IMG/VR virus record: IMGVR_UViG_3300036713_000599
Reading direction: 5' to 3' (one strand)
DNA length: 64,000 bases
Source of the DNA: a virus
Lineage: Duplodnaviria; Caudoviricetes
The first letter of the stretch is position 1. Every line of letters starts with the position of its first letter. The notes below the pieces were generated by a model. That model saw only the letters and a program-made list of their open reading frames with translations, was not told the DNA's origin and made no database searches. Of the stretch, positions 57,088 through 64,000 are shown piece after piece. Position numbers and translations under genes: made by a program.

Positions 57088-58253
57088 GCATCAATTTGGA
57101 GAAGGCTAGAGTACAGGATGATGGCGTTCCTCTTGTGGCCTCTTCGCCTCGTGTAGGCAGCGAAGTGGTCGTCGCCAGCCACAACTTTTGCGATAAAACT
57201 ACCTGGTTTAGTAACAGTTCCCGTGAAACCGACCACTCGATGGTCGATTCAGGCGACGGTCTGAGGTGGACAAGCGGCCACATTGACTGGATTGATATGG
57301 TAAGTGGTCGCATCCACAACCAGGAGAAATTTTCAGCCTATGTAGAACATGGTTACAGTGTGGTGGTTAAAGTAGACGGGGTCGAGAAAAGTGCTTGTCC
57401 ACCCTTTAAGTTTGCTAGTTCAGACGGAGACTACTGGATCGACTATGATGCGGGCGAGATTAATTTTTTCGTTTCCCAGTCGGGTAAGACTGTCACGGCT
57501 AGTTTCAGTTATGCGGTTAATTCGGAATACGTCCTCGCTCCTAAGGCTGGCAAGATTCTTCGGATAGAAGACGCGGAAACCGATTTTAGTAACGACATCG
57601 TCCTGAACACAAGTTTCGGCTATATTGTCAAAGGTTATGTGGATGCTTTTGCCCCTCACATGGTTCGAGGTGCCAGTACGGAACATAATCCGGTCCTGGA
57701 CAAAGATTTGTCTACCCCTCCCAGTAGTCCCGTCTTAGGGGATCGTTACGTTGTTGCTGCGAGCGCCACAGGTGATTGGAGCACTTACGATGGACATATT
57801 GCGGAGTGGGGCGGTTCAGCTTGGGTTTTCACTGCTCCAGATGAAGAAGAGTGGGTGACGGTTATCGACGAGATCTCGACAGGTCCTTACTATACTTGGC
57901 GTGGCGGGCAATGGGCCTTCACTCTCCCTGCTGGAACTAAGATCCCTATTCAAGAGGATTACTACCACCGGGTGAGTCAGATCATAGCTGAAGCACGCGG
58001 TGCTCACCCGTCAGTCATAGCTGTAGGAGCTTCGCAAACGCACAAGGCCTTGACAGACATTAAAGAATTTCGTCGAAAATCTAGAGGTATGAGGTGCGGT
58101 GTTCAGGCAATCCCTTTCAGATATGGTACTGCCAGGGACCTACATTCGGCCTATGGTATGGAGTTGGTGGTTTCGCTAGTTGATGACACTAATTCTCTGG
58201 AGGGAGAGAGCCTGACCATTACCTTCTATTGCACAAGCATGAGTGAGGCGTGA
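57084..58253 (+). CDS. Structural protein carrying an inserted DUF2793-like module
   Basis: VLDKDLSTPPSSPVLGDRYVVA...DWSTYDGHIAEWGGSAWVF, homologous to the module in 46478. Confidence 0.65.
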   Translation: MSINLEKARVQDDGVPLVASSPRVGSEVVVASHNFCDKTTWFSNSSRETDHSMVDSGDGLRWTSGHIDWIDMVSGRIHNQEKFSAYVEHGYSVVVKVDGVEKSACPPFKFASSDGDYWIDYDAGEINFFVSQSGKTVTASFSYAVNSEYVLAPKAGKILRIEDAETDFSNDIVLNTSFGYIVKGYVDAFAPHMVRGASTEHNPVLDKDLSTPPSSPVLGDRYVVAASATGDWSTYDGHIAEWGGSAWVFTAPDEEEWVTVIDEISTGPYYTWRGGQWAFTLPAGTKIPIQEDYYHRVSQIIAEARGAHPSVIAVGASQTHKALTDIKEFRRKSRGMRCGVQAIPFRYGTARDLHSAYGMELVVSLVDDTNSLEGESLTITFYCTSMSEA

Positions 58254-58367
58254 TTCGATTAATTTAGGAGCCTCTGCCAGGTATGGTCTGGGTTCGAGTA
58301 GACCGGTATATGAAGGGCTTCAGCCTCTCAATGGCGCACTCAAAGTAACCTTGAAAGAAGTGAGATA

Positions 58368-59225
58368 ATGAAAAAAGGATTAGTGTTGTCGGGCGGCGGG
58401 GCTAAGGGTGCGTTTCAGCTTGGCGTTCTTCAAAAGTGGATGCTGGAAGATAACAGGGACTACGATATTCTCTGTGGTGTGTCCGTAGGGGCTCTGAATG
58501 TGTCTGTTCTGGGCCAGACCCCTTTCGGCAGACCAGAAGCTGCATTCACACAGCTTTTGTCTATGTGGGATCGGGTCCAGAATAGGGCTATTTGGAAGCA
58601 CTGGTTTTTACCTTACGTGGGGGTTCTGTGGAATCGGTCGGTTTTTAATTCTAGTCCTTTACAAGATTGGGTCCGCAATGAGTCCGACGTGAAGACAGTG
58701 AGGGCTTCAGGACGCGAGGTTCGGGTGGGGGCGGTAAATCTCAACACTGGGCGGTACGAGATGGTCAGTCAGAGGTCTGATCACTTTTCAGATTTCGTCT
58801 ATGCGTCGGCTAGCTTCCCTCTATTCTTCAAGCCTATGGTGCTCAAGGGCGAGGAGTGGACGGATGGAGGGATCAGGAATATCACGCCGATTGGGGAGGC
58901 TATTAAACTCGGGGCTGAAGAAATCGACGTTATCATGACCTCGCCTCTTACGGACGGAAACCGTTGGGTGTCGCCTAAGTGGCCAAGCGGGATTCCGTAC
59001 GTAACCCGTATCATTGACATTATGTCCACAGAGATCTTTCTAGGTGACCTTAAGGAGGCAGGATTGAAGAATCGTCTTGCCGAACTGAAGGAGCCGTACC
59101 GGCAGGTCAAGATTAGGATCATGGCCCCTGAGAAGGGCTTGACGAAAGATTCCCTTAACTTCTCACCCTCTGAAGTACTAAGAATGAGGGAGATTGGGTA
59201 CAAGCAGGCGTGCCAATCTGACTGA
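58368..59225 (+). CDS. Patatin-like phospholipase
   Basis: GLVLSGGGAKGAFQLG (oxyanion loop), GVSVG (nucleophile elbow), ASASFPLFF, DGG (catalytic Asp). Confidence 0.93.
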   Translation: MKKGLVLSGGGAKGAFQLGVLQKWMLEDNRDYDILCGVSVGALNVSVLGQTPFGRPEAAFTQLLSMWDRVQNRAIWKHWFLPYVGVLWNRSVFNSSPLQDWVRNESDVKTVRASGREVRVGAVNLNTGRYEMVSQRSDHFSDFVYASASFPLFFKPMVLKGEEWTDGGIRNITPIGEAIKLGAEEIDVIMTSPLTDGNRWVSPKWPSGIPYVTRIIDIMSTEIFLGDLKEAGLKNRLAELKEPYRQVKIRIMAPEKGLTKDSLNFSPSEVLRMREIGYKQACQSD

Positions 59226-59305
59226 GATTTCTTTTATGGGTTCGATCCGGCAGGGATCCGCCCGTTCGATTGCCCAGCTTTTTGGGATTTAGTAGGAGAC
59301 AGCAT

Positions 59306-59911
59306 ATGCTACGGCTCATTCATGCACAGACTGTTCAGGGGGCCATCTATGTAGACGACATCGATGATGGTTTGCCCAACAAGCCAGCCCATAGGATGGG
59401 ATCTGTTGGTGACCCTAATGCTTATGCAAGGGACGGTTATGCCAACGATCCCAAGCAACCTTGTTATGTCCCTCGCGTGAAGGCCGCGGACGAGAGTGTT
59501 GCAGGGTATATTGACCTGGAGGAATCGGAGAGAGTTTTGGCTTCTTCCGGTGGCGGTAAAATCGCAGGCCTTGTCAGAGCTGGTCTCATCTCTGTGGTAC
59601 AGTTCGTCGAAGGCGACCTCGCGGTTCCGGTCATTACAGGTGTGACTCTTGACTCACCTGCGGCTGGCGACGTGACCATTGACGGCACCGGGTTCCTCTC
59701 TATTGACCCTGAAGTTACCTCAGTGAACCTCTCGGGTGCGGGTGTAGGTGACGTTACTTTGACACAAGCTCAGATTGAGGCTGTGAGTCCTGGTGCTGTC
59801 GGTGGTACTCAAATTATCATTGACTCGACTTTGATCGCAGGCCTTGCTAGTGCTGATGATGTTGTTGTCACTGCCGACACCCAAGAATCTAACATCTTCG
59901 CGGTGCCCTGA
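59306..59911 (+). CDS. Structural protein with C-terminal IPT/Ig-like domain
   Basis: ATG at 59306 after AGGAG; PVITGVTLDSPAAGDVTIDGTGF, paralogous to the C-domain of 60322. Confidence 0.65.
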   Translation: MLRLIHAQTVQGAIYVDDIDDGLPNKPAHRMGSVGDPNAYARDGYANDPKQPCYVPRVKAADESVAGYIDLEESERVLASSGGGKIAGLVRAGLISVVQFVEGDLAVPVITGVTLDSPAAGDVTIDGTGFLSIDPEVTSVNLSGAGVGDVTLTQAQIEAVSPGAVGGTQIIIDSTLIAGLASADDVVVTADTQESNIFAVP

Positions 59912-59919
59912 GACGTGAC

Positions 59920-60300
59920 GTGCAGTATCGCCATTTACCTAGGTTGTTGCAGCAAGAAGGCGACCGCTTCTATCAGGTCGATAAGAGGTGGCGGCCGAAG
60001 GAGATCATTCCACCGATCATCAGTGGCAACATCCTTAAGGACGCTGTGGCGAAGTACCGTGACCTCAGAGAAGCCGAGGATGAATTGCAGACCTTGGAGA
60101 GGGCTCACGTGTACATCCGCATCCTCAATAGGATGCAGCTCGCTCTACGGCGAGCCCAATTTGCGTGGCGATCTGATGATCTTGTGCTCGTCACAGCCAT
60201 TGCAGAATTTTACAGTGATTACGGGACTGTCCTCCAGAATCTTAAGATCGATGAGGGTCGGGGGCGGTTCGCCAACCATGAGGATGGCTCAGTTCGCTGA
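59920..60300 (+). CDS. Hypothetical helical protein
   Basis: 126-aa ORF between two structural paralogs. Confidence 0.5.
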   Translation: MQYRHLPRLLQQEGDRFYQVDKRWRPKEIIPPIISGNILKDAVAKYRDLREAEDELQTLERAHVYIRILNRMQLALRRAQFAWRSDDLVLVTAIAEFYSDYGTVLQNLKIDEGRGRFANHEDGSVR

Positions 60301-60321
60301 GGAACCAAATAGGAGTCAACA

Positions 60322-61440
60322 ATGAGAGTCGGCGTCATTCGCGGAGATCTTCCTGGTCCCGTCTTCTTGGCGGACCTGGAGCCAGTTTCTCGCTACAACC
60401 CCCCAACAGAACCACGCGGGCAGGAGCGGTACGTCAGTCGCCCCGTAACGTCCGTTGTTGGGGCTGCTCTGTCGGACACGTTGACTGGGGCTGGTGCAAC
60501 CCTTGCGGGCAGTGACATTTCGGGAAGTTTCCCGCTTGCCATAAATGGCACGAACGATGACCTTAAGGTCAAGACCTCGTCTTCCGCATCTTTCACCACA
60601 GTCAGCGTTGCTAACGCGTCTTATACTACCTTGACGGACTTGATCGCGGCTTTGAATGCGGCCCTAGTAGGAACCGGTATCACGGCTCGTGAGAACGTCG
60701 CTGGCAACGGCATCGCCTTAGAGTCCGATACTTATGGTGTAGATAGCTACATCGAGAATGACAGCGTGGCGGGCGGGTCGACGTCAAACACGCCTCTTGG
60801 TCTTGCTGACGGTGCGGTCAGAGACATGCCCGCGGTTTCAGATTTCATTACGGACAGTCTCCCTGTCGGGGGCCCTCTTGACGTGTCTGCTACGACCATC
60901 AAGGCCGTGGGTTCCGGTACTAACTCTAATGCTTTGAATATCATCCCTGATTCTCGTGGGACTGTTGCAGCGGTAGCGGACGCTATAGCTCCACAGTTTG
61001 TCGAAACTCCCGTAGCTCTCGATAGCTACCTTGTGGGAAATATGGCCGATCTCCTTTCGGCTAACTTCAATCCTGACCCAAGACGTCAGCCGGCTCTGTC
61101 CAATGGTGCTGCCATTGCTGTGGTTGAGGACGATGGTTCCACTTCATTCTCCCTCACACTTCCGACAGTATCTTCGGCAACCCTTAATAGTCCTGGAGCT
61201 GGTGACATAACCATCGCTGGCACAGGATTGGGTGATGCAGAGCGGAATGAGACTCTAATCAAGTTCACAGGTGACGTTGCGACTGTCATCAGTCAGCAGC
61301 TTCTGGAGTCCGTTGGAGGGTCGGTAAGCGACACGTCTATCGTGGTCCCTGCCTCCTTAATCTCAGGGGCCGCTACGACCACGACCTCTGTGCAGGTTCA
61401 GGTTCGGCGACGAGTGTCATCGATCGCAGCAGTTAGTTAG
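60322..61440 (+). CDS. Structural protein with C-terminal IPT/Ig-like domain
   Basis: SD AGGAG; LTDLIAALNAAL..GITA module; PTVSSATLNSPGAGDITIAGTGL. Confidence 0.65.
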   Translation: MRVGVIRGDLPGPVFLADLEPVSRYNPPTEPRGQERYVSRPVTSVVGAALSDTLTGAGATLAGSDISGSFPLAINGTNDDLKVKTSSSASFTTVSVANASYTTLTDLIAALNAALVGTGITARENVAGNGIALESDTYGVDSYIENDSVAGGSTSNTPLGLADGAVRDMPAVSDFITDSLPVGGPLDVSATTIKAVGSGTNSNALNIIPDSRGTVAAVADAIAPQFVETPVALDSYLVGNMADLLSANFNPDPRRQPALSNGAAIAVVEDDGSTSFSLTLPTVSSATLNSPGAGDITIAGTGLGDAERNETLIKFTGDVATVISQQLLESVGGSVSDTSIVVPASLISGAATTTTSVQVQVRRRVSSIAAVS

Positions 61441-61533
61441 TTTTTGATGATACTTAGATGAAGATGAAAAATAGATCTAGAGCCCAAATTCGATAATTGC
61501 AGGCACTCTGTGCCCAGACTAAGAGAAGATCAG

Positions 61534-61788
61534 ATGACGAATAGGAACCAAAATCCAGACGAGTTCCGGACAAGTGATCTGTACTTCGCGGCCTATCTTC
61601 AGGTGGCGGGGGCACGGATGATTAAAACAGACCGAAATGATCGTAATAAAGTTACTTTTGTCTTTGACTCCTCAGTGACCAACATTGAGGAGTTGAAGAC
61701 GGCCTGGTTTAATCGGACGGGAAGGGTGGAGGCTTTACCCTTTTCGGATGCGGTGAAAAGTCTTAAGAGCATTTGCCACATGAGCTGA
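61534..61788 (+). CDS. DUF5659-like small protein
   Basis: FRTSDLYFAAYLQVAG...KVTFVF...F...K.LK pattern. Confidence 0.65.
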   Translation: MTNRNQNPDEFRTSDLYFAAYLQVAGARMIKTDRNDRNKVTFVFDSSVTNIEELKTAWFNRTGRVEALPFSDAVKSLKSICHMS

Positions 61789-62100
61789 GTAAACATTTGC
61801 CACACACCGTGTCTTAGTGTGTGCTAGGTATACGGAGTGTGAGGTTCGTGGTCGAAACAAAGACACGTCTGACTTCTAGTTGTTGGGCAAGCCGTAATAC
61901 TTTTGCAAGAACAACCTCTCCTCTAAATCTTTGGCTTCGGGCTAAAAGAGACAAGTTTGTAGGAGCGGCTCGTGCGAGCCACCCAAGAACCCATTGAGTG
62001 TGTGACCTGGCGCTTGGGCACGCAGAGAACGATTCCGAGTCCTACGGGAGTCTGTCCCAAGAAAGATCGTTAAGGTTCTCTTGATACTTTGTCTTCTTGC
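61789..62100. ncRNA. Candidate structured ncRNA or cis-regulatory leader (unclassified)
   Basis: Longest ORF-free gap in the window (~320 nt) with at least seven complementary segment pairs (see findings); strand unknown. Confidence 0.4.
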
Positions 62101-62109
62101 GGAGGCGAA

Positions 62110-62511
62110 GTGACAACTACCCGTGGACGACAGTTAATCCAGATCAATCAGGTGGTTTTCGATCAACCCGACTTCTTTGAGTCTGACGGGTTCACGAGAA
62201 AAACTGGTTTGGTCGTAGGTGACCTGACTTATGAGGTATTTTTCAACAATACCCCACAACCCTGGGTGTTGATTGATGGTTCGAGCACCACTGATAGCCA
62301 GGTTCGATCTGGAACCGTCTATTGGACGGAAGTCCCTGGTAGCCCTGGGTTCTATAACGTCCGGTGGCGTCCTAATGCGATTGGGTATTGGCGAGTGCTT
62401 ATTACCTACACAGCAGGTACTCAGATAATGGGCCAGGACTATGATGTGGTGGCTACCCTACCGCAAGCTGAGACAGGACTCCGAGCAACCTTCACCAAGC
62501 CTTGCAGCTAA
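62110..62511 (+). CDS. Small Ig-like structural protein
   Basis: GTG at 62110 after GGAGG; EVPGSPGFYNVRWRPNAIGYWRVLITY. Confidence 0.6.
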   Translation: MTTTRGRQLIQINQVVFDQPDFFESDGFTRKTGLVVGDLTYEVFFNNTPQPWVLIDGSSTTDSQVRSGTVYWTEVPGSPGFYNVRWRPNAIGYWRVLITYTAGTQIMGQDYDVVATLPQAETGLRATFTKPCS

Positions 62512-62549
62512 CAAGGCTCTTTTTGTGAGTCCTTCCGTGTGAGGTTCCC

Positions 62550-62936
62550 ATGACTAGCAAGACCAATTATCTCAAAACTCAATTTCTCAACCACGCGTTG
62601 AGAAATATTGCATACAGTCCCCCTACCGCCGTCTATGTGGGTTTGTTCATTGTTGCTCCGGACGACACGGGTGGTGGAACAGAAGTCACAGGTGGGGCCT
62701 ATGTCAGGCAGTTAGCCTCTTTTACGGCCCCCTCACCGGAAAGTTGTTCGAATGACGCAGACATAGTCTTTCCAATGGCAACCGCTGATTGGGGCAACAT
62801 TGTGGCGTTTGCTCTGTTTGATGCCGCGTCAGCAGGCAATATGATGTACCATGCCAATCTTACGGCAAGTAGGGAAGTTCTGACTTCGGACCAACTTAGG
62901 TTCCCCTCCGGCCAGCTTATGGTGATCGAGCAGTAA
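62550..62936 (+). CDS. Minor virion/tail structural protein (widespread family)
   Basis: TNYLKTQFLNH..VYVGLF..P...GGTEVTGGAYVRQ..F...N.A.I.FP.AT..WG.I..F..FDAASAGN. Confidence 0.75.
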   Translation: MTSKTNYLKTQFLNHALRNIAYSPPTAVYVGLFIVAPDDTGGGTEVTGGAYVRQLASFTAPSPESCSNDADIVFPMATADWGNIVAFALFDAASAGNMMYHANLTASREVLTSDQLRFPSGQLMVIEQ

Positions 62937-62942
62937 CGAGCC

Positions 62943-63809
62943 ATGGCAAACCTCGATGCGGCAGGGACAGCAACAGGGACTACGACCCTTTTGGGGACTG
63001 TTGCGATTTTTGTTGCTGTTTCAGGGTTAGCCTCGGGCCAGGCGGTCGTTTCAGGTGATGTGTGGCCTCAGGGGGCTGGGGTAGCCTTAGGCTCTTCTAC
63101 GGTCGTTGGAGCGGCAGCAGTCATATACAACGTTTCCGCTAGTGTTCAGGGAGAGGCTACCGTTACGGCTTCTGTTGGCCGAATTCAGATTGTCACGGGC
63201 CAACTCCAGGGGTCGGGTACTCTTGAAGCCGATCTGACTACGACTGTTGCCGGAACGGCTACAGGTTCGTCGTTGATGACGGGATCGGCTTTTCGGACTA
63301 TCAACGCCAAGGGGTTGATTCTTGGCCGCGGTGAGTTCAAGTGGGTGGGGGCACCTTTGCCTGTCTACGGGTCTTCGACAATGGTTGGATTTCCCATTGT
63401 TGAGTCCCGTGCTCCAGCGGTATGGGCCGTTGTGTGTTCTCCTAAGCAATTCCGGTACCGCCAGTTATTGCAGCGTGGGGACTTGCCGATCTTTATTTGC
63501 GATAGAGCTGGTCCCGTTTCTCCTGTATGGGTTCGGTACACCATGTACCACATCTTGCGTTGTGGTGCCCGTCGCAGAATAGGGCCGGCTAGGAGAGTTC
63601 CCGTGTCGGGGAAGGTGGGTGAGTTCTACGTGTCTGGTAGGGCGGGTGATCTTGGGCAGCCAGGGTCATGGCTCGTCTTGTGGGAGTGGCGGTATGGGCA
63701 TACCTCGGCGACTCAGAGTAAGGAAATGCAGTTTGAGGTGCTCGATGCTGTCTTGGCCGACTGCCCTCGGGACACCACAGTTAGGCATCGAAAGTACGGG
63801 TGGAGCTGA
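62943..63809 (+). CDS. Structural protein with G/A/T/V repeats
   Basis: N-half made of A.G.A.G.(S/A)...G repeats; follows the 62550 gene. Confidence 0.65.
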   Translation: MANLDAAGTATGTTTLLGTVAIFVAVSGLASGQAVVSGDVWPQGAGVALGSSTVVGAAAVIYNVSASVQGEATVTASVGRIQIVTGQLQGSGTLEADLTTTVAGTATGSSLMTGSAFRTINAKGLILGRGEFKWVGAPLPVYGSSTMVGFPIVESRAPAVWAVVCSPKQFRYRQLLQRGDLPIFICDRAGPVSPVWVRYTMYHILRCGARRRIGPARRVPVSGKVGEFYVSGRAGDLGQPGSWLVLWEWRYGHTSATQSKEMQFEVLDAVLADCPRDTTVRHRKYGWS

Positions 63810-64000
63810 TGAACTTAACGAGGCGTGTTGTTGCTCGATACCTTGGGGCTCTGACTAAGAGAGATCTCCCTCCAGCTTTTCGTGAGGAGTGGGGACGGTT
63901 CGTTCAGCGAATAGGTGGGTCAGACGGTGACTTTGAGGTCGTTGTTTCGATCCCTTCGGAAGCCTTAGACAAAAAGTTTGGGGGTGCTCCTGACAAGATG
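63809..64000 (+). CDS. Partial ORF with N-terminal RRVVARYL leader (runs off the window)
   Basis: TGATG overlap at 63807-63811; translates MNLTRRVVARYLGALTKRDLPPAFREEWG..., open to 64000; not in the supplied ORF track. Confidence 0.7.
   Translation, partial: MNLTRRVVARYLGALTKRDLPPAFREEWGRFVQRIGGSDGDFEVVVSIPSEALDKKFGGAPDKM

Noticed and set aside
42902-58253. Diversity-generating retroelement targeting the fibres
   Set aside because: No reverse transcriptase and no near-identical TR/VR pair differing at adenines; the repeated modules are diverged throughout.
58285-59275. GGTTCGAG (~58291) and GTTCGAT (59240, 59264) as tRNA T-arms
   Set aside because: No 5-bp T-stem, acceptor stem or D-arm; these are not tRNA genes.
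61789-62109. Group I/II intron joining the flanking ORFs
   Set aside because: The upstream ORF looks complete, the downstream ORF has its own GGAGG SD, and no P7 or domain V consensus was recognised.
1-64000. Stop-codon reassignment (TAG/TGA recoding)
   Set aside because: Long conserved genes are uninterrupted in code 11, and TAA, TAG and TGA all end genes at sensible boundaries.

Overview
A 64 kb segment of a large (probably jumbo) tailed dsDNA phage of bacteria. Essentially all credible genes are on the + strand, tightly packed with frequent ATGA/TGATG/TAATG overlaps and GGAG-type SD sites, in the standard genetic code. (1) 1-19 kb, replication/recombination/transcription block: NAD-dependent ligase (partial), RecD2, gp32-like SSB, RuvC-like resolvase, RecA, a split SbcC plus SbcD, a PD-(D/E)XK nuclease, a beta-clamp-like protein, DnaG catalytic core, DnaX, a NusG/5'-3' exonuclease fusion and a tandem sigma region-4 HTH protein. 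(2) 19-42 kb, head module: putative TerS, intein-containing TerL, portal, prohead protease, scaffold, decoration proteins, a short HK97-type major capsid protein and many unknown head-associated proteins. (3) 42-64 kb, a long modular fibre/decoration locus, a patatin, a DUF5659-like gene, a ~320 nt structured intergenic region and minor structural genes. No tRNA, rRNA, CRISPR array, integrase or reverse transcriptase was seen. The best leads are: the NusG-exonuclease fusion; a recurrent K/R-x-A candidate maturation-protease site together with a shared N-terminal 'RVxARY' leader (a possible capsid address-and-cleave code); a 12-nt intergenic motif present in four copies; and a candidate multi-helix ncRNA at 61.8-62.1 kb. 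All family calls come from motif recognition by eye; no database search was run.
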